DNA of 45,286 nucleotides from Oscillospiraceae bacterium (GTDB taxonomy: Bacteria > Bacillota > Clostridia > Oscillospirales > Ruminococcaceae), in NCBI GenBank assembly GCA_017473745.1, contig JAFUJP010000094.1, positions 1-45,286 on the forward strand, written 5' to 3'. Positions 1 through 8,275 of the stretch are shown piece by piece. How positions within the stretch are numbered: the stretch's first letter is position 1; the number at the start of each line of letters is the position of its first letter. A program made the position numbers and the translations under genes. Under the pieces are notes generated by a model. It had not been told where the DNA came from. It ran no database searches and saw nothing but the letters and a program-made list of their open reading frames with translations.

Positions 1-1
1 C

Positions 2-1057
2 GAGGAAGAGCTTGAGACCGCCATTATTGCCTTGAAGTGCGCCCTTTGCGACGAGTTCCCCGATTTCCCAAGAGAGGACTACGTTATCAAGGACGAGTAT
101 ACCAACCCGCCCGAAAAGAAGAAAAAGGGCTTCTTCCCCAATGCGAACAGGATCATCAGGAAAAAAAGAAAGCACAGATATTTTGCGACCGTCGGCGCGG
201 TGCTCATCGGACTTGCGATTATCGGCACCATTGCCCTTTGTTCCACGCTCATCAACCTCGGCACAAGGATACTTGATAACACTAGCCAGAAAGAGGCTTT
301 TGAATGGAAGATATATCCGCTTCTGATGTTTGACCCGGCTACCTTTGAAGAACCGAACCAGCTCGACGAAGTTTTCATCCTTAAAACTTCCCTCTGGTCA
401 ACGCTTCTTGAAAACCGCACGAAATATTCCTATGACGAAAACGGAATGCTGCTTGTTCCGGCTTCGGACCTTGACGTTGCGGCAAAAAGCCTTTACGGCG
501 AAAGCGTTACGCTTAAGCACCAGACTTTTTCCGAAGGATATGAATTCTTTTATCTTTTCAGCGAAGAGACGCACACCTATTCTGTGCCTATTTCGGGCCA
601 GACTGCTTCCTATGTTCCGAAGGTTGTTGAAATCAAAAAGAACGGGGATATTTATACCCTTATAGTCGGCTACGTTGCGCCGACAACACTTTGGAACGTA
701 AGCGAGGACGGTTCTTCCGAATCGGTTCCGGATAAATATCTCTATTATGATCTGGAAAAAATCGACGGCGGAAGCTATATTATAAAATCAGTAAGAAATA
801 TTCCGGCGGAGGAACTTCCCGAAGACCTCGAGGTTTCGGATATGCAGAGCCTTAACTCCACCCAGTATTTCGATTATGATGAAATTTATCAGGAATATCT
901 TGATGAACAGATGAACGAAGCCGAAAACGGAGCTGCCGAGGGCGAAAATACCGAGGGCGGCGAAGGAGCGGACGGCGAAGGAGCCGCTGAAGGCGAAAAT
1001 TCCGAAGATGCTTCTTCCGATGAAAGCGGCGAGGGTTCTTCCTCCGATGCAGAATAA
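2..1057 (+). CDS. Single-pass membrane protein of unknown function with an acidic low-complexity C-terminal tail (5' end probably outside the window)
   Basis: The reading frame is open from nt 2, and the ORF-track start at 32 is only a TTG. A Lys/Arg-rich stretch precedes a hydrophobic helix (YFATVGAVLIGLAIIGTIALC), then ~220 aa, then a Gly/Glu/Ser-rich tail. A terminator follows. Confidence 0.55.
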   Translation, partial: EEELETAIIALKCALCDEFPDFPREDYVIKDEYTNPPEKKKKGFFPNANRIIRKKRKHRYFATVGAVLIGLAIIGTIALCSTLINLGTRILDNTSQKEAFEWKIYPLLMFDPATFEEPNQLDEVFILKTSLWSTLLENRTKYSYDENGMLLVPASDLDVAAKSLYGESVTLKHQTFSEGYEFFYLFSEETHTYSVPISGQTASYVPKVVEIKKNGDIYTLIVGYVAPTTLWNVSEDGSSESVPDKYLYYDLEKIDGGSYIIKSVRNIPAEELPEDLEVSDMQSLNSTQYFDYDEIYQEYLDEQMNEAENGAAEGENTEGGEGADGEGAAEGENSEDASSDESGEGSSSDAE

Positions 1058-1072
1058 ACGAAACAATAACGA

Positions 1073-1103
1073 AATCCCGCAGGAAACTGCGGGATTCTTT
1101 TTT
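1073..1103 (+). terminator. Rho-independent terminator
   Basis: 10-bp stem aatcccgcag/ctgcgggatt with a gaaa loop, followed by a T-run. Confidence 0.75.
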
Positions 1104-1158
1104 ATTGCGCTTCGCAGGCCTTACCCTTTGGGAAGGCTGCCCTCCGGGAATCCTTTTT

Positions 1159-1189
1159 GCGGGCGAACACACAGGTTCGCCCCTACGAC
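1159..1189 (-). repeat. Dispersed hairpin repeat, family B (GTAGGG + GC-rich hairpin)
   Basis: The reverse complement reads gtcgtaggggcgaacctgtgtgttcgccc. It has the same architecture as the copies at 1731, 3816 and 37325. Confidence 0.6.
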
Positions 1190-1206
1190 GTGTTCTTAAA
1201 TAATCC

Positions 1207-1257
1207 CTCATCCACCGTGCCTACGGCAACGGTCCCCCTTCCCCACTGGGAAGGCTG
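1207..1257 (+). repeat. Dispersed intergenic repeat, family A variant (CTCATCC..hairpin..CCTTCCCC-N-GGGAAGGC)
   Basis: Sequence is ctcatccaccgtgcctacggcaacggtcccccttccccactgggaaggctg. A nearly identical copy lies 84 nt downstream. Confidence 0.75.
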
Positions 1258-1290
1258 TATTGCCCACAGGGCGCGTTTCGATGTTTTTGC

Positions 1291-1340
1291 CCATCCACCG
1301 TGCCTACGGCAACGGTCCCCCTTCCCCCAGGGGAAGGCAT
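1291..1340 (+). repeat. Dispersed intergenic repeat, family A variant (second tandem copy)
   Basis: Sequence is cccatccaccgtgcctacggcaacggtcccccttcccccaggggaaggcat. The 35-nt core is identical to the copy at 1207. Confidence 0.75.
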
Positions 1341-1424
1341 ATAAACAATAATTTATGGTTGACTTGTGAAAGCATCGGTGCTAAAATAAAGTTAGGTGAA
1401 ACTAACCGAAAAGGAGAGATAAAA

Positions 1425-1667
1425 ATGTTACAGATAACAGTTGAAGTCGAGGGCATGATGTGCCCCCACTGCGAAGCCCATGTCAACAGCGCAGTAAGCA
1501 AGGCGTTCAAGGTTGAAAAAGTCGCTTCAAGCCATGCAAAGAAACAGACTGTGATCCTTACCAAAGATGATATCGACGAAGCAAAGCTTCGCGAGGTCAT
1601 TGCCGGAACAGGCTATAAAGTCGGCGCAATACAGAAGAAAAAGAAGCTTCTTGCTTTTATAAAATGA
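1425..1667 (+). CDS. copZ: Heavy-metal-associated (HMA) domain protein, CopZ-like copper chaperone
   Basis: ATG at 1425 is preceded by aaggagag. The 80-aa product has the GMMCPHC (MxCxxC) metal-binding motif at the N-terminus of a ferredoxin-like fold. The longer ORF-track start at 1260 runs through the repeat elements. Confidence 0.8.
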   Translation: MLQITVEVEGMMCPHCEAHVNSAVSKAFKVEKVASSHAKKQTVILTKDDIDEAKLREVIAGTGYKVGAIQKKKKLLAFIK

Positions 1668-1669
1668 GA

Positions 1670-1699
1670 ACAGGGCGGAGAAATCCGCCCTGTTTTTTT
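1670..1699 (+). terminator. Rho-independent terminator
   Basis: Stem acagggcgga/tccgccctgt followed by TTTTTTT. Confidence 0.8.
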
Positions 1700-1730
1700 C
1701 GATTGACCGGCAGACATAAAAGGGACAGGG

Positions 1731-1764
1731 ATTTCGGAACGTCGGAGACGACGTTCCCATACAG
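1731..1764 (-). repeat. Dispersed hairpin repeat, family B
   Basis: The reverse complement reads ctgtatgggaacgtcgtctccgacgttccgaaat. Compare tgtagggaacggtcttgaccgttccg at 3816. Confidence 0.6.
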
Positions 1765-1792
1765 TTTGCACAGCAAAGGATATAAAAAATAA

Positions 1793-1821
1793 TTGACTAT
1801 TTATCATAAATAATATATAAT
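1793..1821 (+). promoter_or_regulatory. Sigma-70/SigA-type promoter upstream of prfB
   Basis: TTGACT (1793-1798), a 17-nt spacer, then TATAAT (1816-1821). A second TATAAT lies at 1831-1836. Confidence 0.55.
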
Positions 1822-1881
1822 AAACTGTTGTATAATGTAAAATTGCGCCCGAAAGGGCTTAACCGATTCGGAGGAACAGAA

Positions 1882-3018
1882 ATGCTTGAATTTGAAGAAC
1901 TGCGTTTAAGACTTACTTCCCTCAAACCCCAGATTGAAGACCTTAAAGACGCCCTTGGCCTTGAACAGTGCAAGGCAGAAGTCAGAAGACTTGAGGCACA
2001 GCAGGAAGACCCGGATTTTTGGAACGACGTTGAAACTTCCACCAAAGTCCAACGCAAGCTCAGCCAGCTTAACGGAAAAATTAATTCCCATAAAGACCTT
2101 GAAACCCGCTATGAAGACGCAATGACCCTTATCGAAATTGCTCTTGAAGAAAACGATCCCTCTCTTTATGACGAGGCTCTTCCCGAGGTTGAAAGCCTTG
2201 AAAAGGATATTGACGAAATAAAACTTACCACTCTTCTCACCGGCGAATATGACGAAGGCAACGCCATTATCACTTTTCATGCCGGCGCCGGCGGCACCGA
2301 AGCACAGGATTGGTGCCAGATGCTTTACCGCATGTACACCGCCTGGGCGACCAAACACGACCTTAAATATACCCTTGTTGACTGGCTTGACGGAGATGAA
2401 GCGGGTGTTAAATCCGCAACCATTATCGTTGAGGGCCCCAACGCATACGGCTTCCTCAAATCCGAAAACGGCGTTCACCGCCTTGTAAGGGTTTCGCCTT
2501 TCGATGCTTCCGGCAGACGCCAGACTTCGTTTGCTTCTCTCGAAGTTATGCCCGAGATCGAGGATGACAAATCCATCGAAATCAAAGAGGATGACATCAA
2601 AATGGAAGTTTACCGTGCATCCGGTGCGGGCGGCCAGAAGGTCAACAAAACTTCTTCCGCGGTACGTCTTATTCATATCCCCACCGGCATAACCGTATGT
2701 TCCCAGATCGAGCGTTCCCAGTATCAGAACCGCGAGGTATGTATGAATATGCTCCGTTCCAAACTAGTTGAGATCAAAGAGCGCGAGCATCTTGAAAAAA
2801 TCGAGGATATCAAGGGTGTTCAAAAAGAAATCACCTGGGGAAGCCAGATCCGTTCTTATGTATTTATGCCCTATACCATGGTAAAAGACCACCGCACCGG
2901 CTTTGAAACCGGCAACGTTCAGGCTGTTATGGACGGCGAAATCGACGGATTTATCAACGCCTATCTTAAACAGATGAACAAAGGCCAGTTTGAAGGCGAC
3001 GACGGCGAAATGGCATAA
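1882..3018 (+). CDS. prfB: Peptide chain release factor 2
   Basis: ATG at 1882 follows ggagga. The product has the SPF tripeptide (RVSPFD), the GGQ motif (SGAGGQKVN) and the RF2-type N-terminal coiled coil. The reading frame is continuous. Confidence 0.95.
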   Translation: MLEFEELRLRLTSLKPQIEDLKDALGLEQCKAEVRRLEAQQEDPDFWNDVETSTKVQRKLSQLNGKINSHKDLETRYEDAMTLIEIALEENDPSLYDEALPEVESLEKDIDEIKLTTLLTGEYDEGNAIITFHAGAGGTEAQDWCQMLYRMYTAWATKHDLKYTLVDWLDGDEAGVKSATIIVEGPNAYGFLKSENGVHRLVRVSPFDASGRRQTSFASLEVMPEIEDDKSIEIKEDDIKMEVYRASGAGGQKVNKTSSAVRLIHIPTGITVCSQIERSQYQNREVCMNMLRSKLVEIKEREHLEKIEDIKGVQKEITWGSQIRSYVFMPYTMVKDHRTGFETGNVQAVMDGEIDGFINAYLKQMNKGQFEGDDGEMA

Positions 3019-3020
3019 AA

Positions 3021-3070
3021 AGCCTTCCCATCGAGGGGAAGGTGTCAGCCGCAGGCTGACGGATGAGGTG
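3021..3070 (-). repeat. Dispersed intergenic repeat, family A
   Basis: The reverse complement reads cacctcatccgtcagcctgcggctgacaccttcccctcgatgggaaggct, which forms two adjacent short hairpins. Confidence 0.75.
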
Positions 3071-3100
3071 CAGGTTGCGAAGCAACCGTATAAAAATATT

Positions 3101-3126
3101 CGGGCAGCTTTTGCTGCCCGTTTCTT
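3101..3126 (+). terminator. Rho-independent terminator after prfB
   Basis: Stem cgggagc-type: cgggcagc, loop tttt, gctgcccg, followed by tttctt. Confidence 0.7.
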
Positions 3127-3138
3127 ATAGGTGACGTT

Positions 3139-3810
3139 ATGATTAAAGCGATTTTTATTGACATCGACGGAACGATTCTTGATTTTGAAGCCTGTGTTGA
3201 AGAATCCATGAGATGCGGACTTATCGAGCGCGGAATTGAATACAAAGATGAGATGCTTGTGACTTTTCACCGCATAAACGACGTTTTTTGGAAGGATCTT
3301 GAACAGGGAAAAATTACCTTTGAAGAGCTTCTCGAAAGGCGATGGGCAACGGTTTTCAAAGAGCTTGGCATTGACCTTGACGGGCCGGAATTTGAAAGCT
3401 ATTTTCGCAGGAGGCTTCACGAAAGCGCGATCCCCATGGAAGGTTCTTTTGAAATCCTTGAGTACCTCAAAGCAAAATACAGGCTTTTTGCCGCCAGCAA
3501 CGGCCCCCATGAACAGCAGGTGAACCGGCTTGAAAAAGCGGGTATGCTGAGATTTTTTGAGGAGGTTTTCACTTCACAGCTTATCGGAGCGGAAAAGCCG
3601 AGCAGTGATTTTTTCAGATACTGTTTTAACAAAGTCCGCGATATAAGACCAGAAGAGAGCGTTATGCTTGGGGATTCCCTCTCTTCCGATATGAAAGGCG
3701 GAAACGGCTTCGGAATGAAGACCGTCTGGCTGAATCTTAAAGGCGAAGAAAAGCCGGAATGGGTGGATTATGAGATAAAATCGCTTGGTGAAATAAAAAA
3801 TTATCTGTAA
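3139..3810 (+). CDS. HAD-superfamily hydrolase, subfamily IA (YjjG-like nucleotidase/phosphatase)
   Basis: N-terminal DxDxT motif (FIDIDGTIL), SNG motif II, K..(LGDSLSSD) motif III/IV; 223 aa. Confidence 0.8.
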   Translation: MIKAIFIDIDGTILDFEACVEESMRCGLIERGIEYKDEMLVTFHRINDVFWKDLEQGKITFEELLERRWATVFKELGIDLDGPEFESYFRRRLHESAIPMEGSFEILEYLKAKYRLFAASNGPHEQQVNRLEKAGMLRFFEEVFTSQLIGAEKPSSDFFRYCFNKVRDIRPEESVMLGDSLSSDMKGGNGFGMKTVWLNLKGEEKPEWVDYEIKSLGEIKNYL

Positions 3811-3815
3811 TTAAA

Positions 3816-3845
3816 TGTAGGGAACGGTCTTGACCGTTCCGTTCT
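3816..3845 (+). repeat. Dispersed hairpin repeat, family B
   Basis: Sequence is tgtagggaacggtcttgaccgttccgttct, with stem ggaacggtc/gaccgttcc. Confidence 0.6.
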
Positions 3846-3858
3846 ATAAAACCAGCAA

Positions 3859-3888
3859 TCCCTGCGGATTATCTGCAGGGAATTTTTT
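3859..3888 (+). terminator. Rho-independent terminator after the HAD gene
   Basis: Stem tccctgc/gcaggga followed by TTTTTT. Confidence 0.6.
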
Positions 3889-3890
3889 AC

Positions 3891-3937
3891 CCTCATCCGT
3901 CAGCCTTGCGGCTGACACCTTCCCCCGAGGGAAGGCT
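3891..3937 (+). repeat. Dispersed intergenic repeat, family A
   Basis: Sequence is cctcatccgtcagccttgcggctgacaccttcccccgagggaaggct. Confidence 0.75.
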
Positions 3938-3950
3938 TATAAGGAATAAA

Positions 3951-3988
3951 GCCCAAATCCCGTGCTCGAATGAGCACGGGATTTGGGC
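3951..3988. terminator. Bidirectional terminator hairpin (serves the minus-strand SDR gene)
   Basis: 17-bp stem gcccaaatcccgtgctc/gagcacgggatttgggc, flanked by an A-run on the left and a T-run on the right. Confidence 0.7.
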
Positions 3989-4019
3989 TTTTGTGGTTAT
4001 AGAAAAGAGCTGGGGGTAA

Positions 4020-4805
4020 TTATCTTACCATAACAAGGCCGCCGTTTACGCAGATGGTCTGGCCGTTGATGTAGCGGGAACCTTCGGAAGCGAGGAATAC
4101 CATAACGGGAACGAGGTCGGTATCAACTTCGCCCATATCGCCGTCGATGGGGAACATTGCTTTGAGTTTTGCAAGATAGGGTTCAACAACTTCGGGACCG
4201 GCGGTTTCGAGCCAATATTTATACATAGGAGTTTTGATGGAGGGGTTTACACAGTTGCAGCGGACGTTGGATTCTTTTGCCCATTCCATAGCAATGGTTC
4301 TGGTCCATGCAGCTACTGCGCCTTTGGATGCAGCATAAACGCCGCCGTTTTCCATACCGGTAAGACCGGTGTCGGAAGCATAGTTGATGATTGCGCCTTC
4401 AACACCGTTTTCTTTGAAGATTTTGTATGCTGCCTGGTTGGTCCAGACGGTACCGTTGAAGTTTACATTCATAATGAAAGCGATGTCTTCGGGTTCAAAA
4501 TCGGTTGCGGGTCTGTTTCTTTCAACACCGGCGATGTTTGCGAGAACATCGAGGCCGCCCATGATTTCAACAGCCTTTGCGAAAAATTCGTTTACTGCTG
4601 CTTTGTCGGTTATGTCGCAGTGGAAATAGGTTGCTTTTCCTGCTGCGCCCTGTGCGTTTGCTGCTGCTTCGGTTGCTTTGCCGCCTTCGTCGTTAACGTC
4701 GCAGAAAACGACCTGTGCGCCTTCGCGGACATATCCTCTTACACATCCTGCGGCAATACCGCTGCCGCCGCCGGTTACGATTATTTTTTTGCCTTCGAGT
4801 TGCAT
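4020..4805 (-). CDS. Short-chain dehydrogenase/reductase (SDR) family oxidoreductase
   Basis: TGGGSGIAAG cofactor-binding motif near the N-terminus, catalytic YAASKGAV (YxxxK) motif, 261 aa, GGAGG ribosome-binding site. Confidence 0.9.
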   Translation of the reverse strand: MQLEGKKIIVTGGGSGIAAGCVRGYVREGAQVVFCDVNDEGGKATEAAANAQGAAGKATYFHCDITDKAAVNEFFAKAVEIMGGLDVLANIAGVERNRPATDFEPEDIAFIMNVNFNGTVWTNQAAYKIFKENGVEGAIINYASDTGLTGMENGGVYAASKGAVAAWTRTIAMEWAKESNVRCNCVNPSIKTPMYKYWLETAGPEVVEPYLAKLKAMFPIDGDMGEVDTDLVPVMVFLASEGSRYINGQTICVNGGLVMVR

Positions 4806-4838
4806 TTACTTTTTCCTCCGTTTGCGCTATAATTTCAG

Positions 4839-4854
4839 TGACACATTTGTGTCA
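4839..4854. promoter_or_regulatory. Candidate TetR operator (perfect palindrome TGACACA-TT-TGTGTCA) next to a TATAAT box
   Basis: Located in the SDR/TetR divergent intergenic region. TATAAT lies at 4828-4833, immediately upstream. An extra TGTGTCA half-site at 4927-4933 overlaps the tetR start codon. Confidence 0.5.
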
Positions 4855-4932
4855 TAACTACATTGTAAAAAGTTTAACGCAAAAAGTAAACAAAATCAGA
4901 AGAAACTGAAACAAAGGAAACGGAATTGTGTC

Positions 4933-5487
4933 ATGAGCAAGGAAATCACCCTTAACGAAAGTGTAAAAGAAGCATTGGAAATCGCGCTTATAAAACTTTT
5001 GCAGAATAAGGATATCAACAAGATAAAAGTTACAGAACTTACGGAAGTTGCAGGAGTTGGAAGAAGCAGTTTTTACCGGAATTTTGAAAATCTCGAGGAT
5101 ATTGCCATAAGTTATGTAAACAGGATATACAGAGAATATTTCAGGGAAAAACCCGTGGATACGGATACCTATAAAAAAACAAATTTTTCTGCTTTTTTAC
5201 GGGAAAGAAATCAGTTTATAAAGGAGCATAAAGATGTTTTCACAGTGCTTTGCAGAAACGGTATCCTCTATAATGTTCTTCTAAAAATGGATCCTGATAT
5301 AAAAAAACAGTTTCTGGTTGCGGATATAAGCGAAAGCCGTTATTTTAACGCGATGATTATGGGGTTTTCTGCCGGAGTTATTGAGGAATGGGTTTCCGGC
5401 GGAATGAAAGAGAGTGCGGAGGAAATGGCGGAAATTACAAAAGCCTGCCTTCTTGGAACGGTAAAAAGTCTTAAAGATGCATTTTAA
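4933..5487 (+). CDS. TetR/AcrR family transcriptional regulator
   Basis: N-terminal HTH (ITELTEVAGVGRSSFYRNFENLEDI), 184 aa, divergent from the SDR gene. Confidence 0.85.
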   Translation: MSKEITLNESVKEALEIALIKLLQNKDINKIKVTELTEVAGVGRSSFYRNFENLEDIAISYVNRIYREYFREKPVDTDTYKKTNFSAFLRERNQFIKEHKDVFTVLCRNGILYNVLLKMDPDIKKQFLVADISESRYFNAMIMGFSAGVIEEWVSGGMKESAEEMAEITKACLLGTVKSLKDAF

Positions 5488-5498
5488 CAAAACAAAAA

Positions 5499-5528
5499 AT
5501 CCCTGCGGGTTTCCGCAGGGATTTTTTT
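5499..5528. terminator. Bidirectional Rho-independent terminator
   Basis: 10-bp stem atccctgcgg/ccgcagggat with an A-run before and a T-run after. Confidence 0.75.
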
Positions 5529-5531
5529 ATA

Positions 5532-5581
5532 CTTCATCCGTCGGCTTTACGGCCGACACCTTTACCTCAAGGGGAAAGGCT
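5532..5581 (+). repeat. Dispersed intergenic repeat, family A (diverged)
   Basis: Sequence is cttcatccgtcggctttacggccgacacctttacctcaaggggaaaggct. Confidence 0.7.
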
Positions 5582-6093
5582 TATAAGGAAAGAACCTTTT
5601 CGTAAGCAACTCTCGGGGCGCCGTTTTCAAGATGGATTATGCCGCATTTTTCAAAGCCGCATTTTTCAAGAAGCTTCTGCATGGAAATATTGGCTTCGTG
5701 GGTATCGACGCGGATGGAAGGGATTTTTTTGACTTCGCAGATTTTATCCGCAAGACCCATAAGGGCGGTGCCCATGCCCATGCCGTGCCAGTCGGGGTTG
5801 ATTCCGAGGCGGTGAACCACAAGGTAGTTTTCGCCGTCGGTTTTCCATGCGCCTTCAATTTCGGAATAGGTGGGGTCGCTTCCGGCGATGAATGAACCGA
5901 AGCCTATGAGAACTTCGCCCATGTGCATAACGTAAAGAGCCTTTTTTTCGACGTCGGCGGCAAAAATTTCGCGGGAAGGATAGCCTTCCTCCCATTGGTT
6001 GATGCCTTTTTCTTCAAAATATTCGCGTTTGATGCGACGAACACAGCCGAGGATATCGCCGATATCGGCTTTTGATGCAGGACGGACTTTCAT
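5581..6093 (-). CDS. GNAT family N-acetyltransferase
   Basis: 170 aa. Acetyl-CoA-binding-type segment (LGINPDWHGMGMGTALM) and the typical GNAT length and layout. Confidence 0.8.
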   Translation of the reverse strand: MKVRPASKADIGDILGCVRRIKREYFEEKGINQWEEGYPSREIFAADVEKKALYVMHMGEVLIGFGSFIAGSDPTYSEIEGAWKTDGENYLVVHRLGINPDWHGMGMGTALMGLADKICEVKKIPSIRVDTHEANISMQKLLEKCGFEKCGIIHLENGAPRVAYEKVLSL

Positions 6094-6111
6094 TTTATTA
6101 CTTCCTTTCGG

Positions 6112-7089
6112 TTAACGGTTTTTGAGAAAACGAATATCCTCGCCGACGAAATAGAGCTTTCTGTATTCGCCGAGGATGCGGCTTGCAGTTCTTTCGGAAT
6201 AACGTTCCGCAAGTTCCTTGCCGGTGAGGTTTGTGCTTATGATGGTCGGGCGGTTTTCGTAAAGGCGCTCGTTGATAAGATTGCCTATGGCAGAATTCGC
6301 AAAGCTGCTTTGGAATTCCGCGCCGAGGTCATCAATTATAAGCAGATCGCAGTTTGCGTATTTCCGCATAAAAGCATCGCTTGCGGAACCGGAAAAATGT
6401 TCGCGCTCGAGATTTGAAACGAGTTTCTGTGCGGGAACGTAAACAACGCCGAAACCGCCTTCGATAACAGTTTTTGCAATGGCGAGGGAAAGATGCGTTT
6501 TGCCCAGGCCGGTTTTTCCCATCATTACGATGCTCGGGGAATCGGCGGAAAATTCGTTTGCATATTTTATGCAGAAACCGGAATAATTTTGCATTTTTCT
6601 GCGGGGGTTCGTTCCGTCGTTTGCGCCGTTATCGGCATAATAGGAAAGGTCAAAATTATCGAATGAGCACGCGGCGGAACCGGAACTTGCAGCAAGCTCT
6701 TTCTGGGCTTCGCTGCGGCAGACTTCCTTGTAGCACGAGCACAGAATTCCGTTTTTGCGGCCGAGGTCGCTGCATTTTTTACAGGTGTACTGCGGTTCAA
6801 GGTAATTTTCAGGAAGGCCGTTTTCCACAAGGATTTCGGCACGTTTCTTTTCGATTTTCGCATTTTCGGATTTCATTTCCTCGAGGGCGGAATCAAGGTC
6901 TTTTCCGCCGCGAAGAATGAGCACCGAAAGTTCCGACATATTGCGCGAAAGTTCGGAATCCATTTTCTTGATTTCCGGGAATCTGGCATAAACATCGGCT
7001 TTTTTAAGGCTTGCAAGCCTTTCCGCATTGCGGCGGCGTTCTTCAAGAACGCGGCTTGCGGCGGAATAAACTTCGGAAGAATAGGCCAT
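6112..7089 (-). CDS. DnaC/DnaI-like replicative helicase loader ATPase
   Basis: Start at MAYSSEVY (ATG at 7089, aaggaag RBS). Walker A GKTGLGKTHL, Walker B LLIIDDLG, and an N-terminal Cys cluster (CKKCSDLG..CSCY..C) like a DnaI zinc module. The longer ORF-track start at 7410 overlaps the upstream gene and was rejected. Confidence 0.8.
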   Translation of the reverse strand: MAYSSEVYSAASRVLEERRRNAERLASLKKADVYARFPEIKKMDSELSRNMSELSVLILRGGKDLDSALEEMKSENAKIEKKRAEILVENGLPENYLEPQYTCKKCSDLGRKNGILCSCYKEVCRSEAQKELAASSGSAACSFDNFDLSYYADNGANDGTNPRRKMQNYSGFCIKYANEFSADSPSIVMMGKTGLGKTHLSLAIAKTVIEGGFGVVYVPAQKLVSNLEREHFSGSASDAFMRKYANCDLLIIDDLGAEFQSSFANSAIGNLINERLYENRPTIISTNLTGKELAERYSERTASRILGEYRKLYFVGEDIRFLKNR

Positions 7090-7160
7090 CGGCAAACTTC
7101 CTTTCTTCGGGATTTTTATAATAGAATAATTACATTTTATATATTGTGCTCGAACGGTGC

Positions 7161-8114
7161 TCAGATAACCGAATCTTCGAGCATCATGCGGCGCTCGAGC
7201 TCTTCCAGATCGAAGGAAGGCTTTTCGGTTTCGGCGCCGGGTTTGTTTTCTGCGGCAGCTTCGGCAGGGGTTTTGATACCTTTCTGATGCCAGCTGAGCA
7301 GGATTTTGTTTATGTAAGGGAAGGAGAGCTTTGCGGTTTTTTCTATACATTTTTCGTATGCAAAATGTATAAGCTCGGGGGATATTCCGTATAGACGCCA
7401 GCTTTCGCAAAACTCCTTTTCTTTGGTCACAAGGTTTCTGCCGTATATTTCGAGTACGCGCTTTACTTCGCCTTCCCAGCTTCTTGCGTCATTAAGAGCA
7501 CGGATGCGTTCTTCGGCGGCTTCGATGGTGTCTATGCCGGAATCCAGCCATTCAATGGCGGTTTTCTGAATATAGCGCAGATTGTTTTTGCCGATACCCG
7601 CGCAATAGGCGATAACGGTCACCAGAACCTCCGGAGGGATTCCCGCATAGGAGATGAGCCAGACGACGGCTTCCGTATCGGAAGTGGTGAAGGTCTTGCC
7701 CAAAAGGCGTTCCGCTTCGGAAAGAACGTGGGCGATGCCTGCATCCTCTTCTTTAAGGCGCTGGACTTCTTTCATCGTGAGCTTTGTTTCCGGCGGCTTC
7801 GGAAGAGGCTGTTTCTGCGCGGGAACTTCCGCGGCGGGAACAGATGCGGCGGAAGGGGTGATTGCCGCGGGTGCGGCGCCGTCACATTCAAGAATGCCCC
7901 GGGCGACCCAATAATCAAGATTATCTTTTGAATCCTCGGCGGACATTCCAAGCTCGGCGGAGATTATTTCCGGAGTTGCTTCGGCAAAGCCGCGGCTCAT
8001 AACAAGCAAAAGGACCCGAAGCTGGGCGGCGGTGCATAGTTTTAAATTTTCGGCGGCTTCGTTCGGAACAAAAAATGCTCCGCCGCCGCATTTTATAACG
8101 ACACGGTATGACAT
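7161..8114 (-). CDS. DnaD-domain replication initiation/primosome protein
   Basis: 317 aa with an N-terminal winged-helix-like region and a C-terminal DnaD/DnaB-2 type repeat (NLRYIQKTAIEW.., PYINKILLSW). It lies directly upstream of the loader gene, as in dnaB-dnaI type operons. Confidence 0.7.
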   Translation of the reverse strand: MSYRVVIKCGGGAFFVPNEAAENLKLCTAAQLRVLLLVMSRGFAEATPEIISAELGMSAEDSKDNLDYWVARGILECDGAAPAAITPSAASVPAAEVPAQKQPLPKPPETKLTMKEVQRLKEEDAGIAHVLSEAERLLGKTFTTSDTEAVVWLISYAGIPPEVLVTVIAYCAGIGKNNLRYIQKTAIEWLDSGIDTIEAAEERIRALNDARSWEGEVKRVLEIYGRNLVTKEKEFCESWRLYGISPELIHFAYEKCIEKTAKLSFPYINKILLSWHQKGIKTPAEAAAENKPGAETEKPSFDLEELERRMMLEDSVI

Positions 8115-8242
8115 GGGCTTCGGCTCCTTTCGATAAATTCAGTAAATCTTATTATAACACGGGCAAAATATTTTTGCACTATAAAATGACAAAATATTTC
8201 GGAAAATAAAAAACGGATCATATCAGCCTTTTTGATATAAAC

Positions 8243-8268
8243 AAAAAAGCCCATCCCGAAGGATGAGC
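8243..8268 (-). terminator. Terminator downstream of tRNA-Gly
   Basis: On the minus strand: gctcatcc ttcg ggatgggc followed by TTTTTTGTT. Confidence 0.65.
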
Positions 8269-8275
8269 TTTTTTC

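Noticed and set aside
1207-1340. Possible CRISPR-like array, given two near-identical ~50-nt repeats 84 nt apart.
   Set aside because: There are only two copies and no cas genes. The same element occurs singly at four other intergenic sites in both orientations. It is a dispersed REP/MITE-like repeat, not a CRISPR.
1260-1424. N-terminal extensions offered by the ORF track: 1260 for copZ, 7410 for the DnaC-like gene, 1828 for prfB, 35995 for DUF554, 39806 for coaD, 9363, 20871 and 32385.
   Set aside because: The extensions run through repeat elements or the preceding gene and lack ribosome-binding sites. Internal starts with good AGGAGG-type sites give proteins that begin where the families normally begin.
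1882-1990. Programmed +1 frameshift site expected early in prfB.
   Set aside because: The RF2 frame is continuous from the ATG at 1882. The region equivalent to the E. coli CUU UGA C site reads ...GCC CTT GGC CTT GAA CAG... with no in-frame stop. This prfB belongs to the minority without autoregulatory frameshifting, so this is not an annotation problem.
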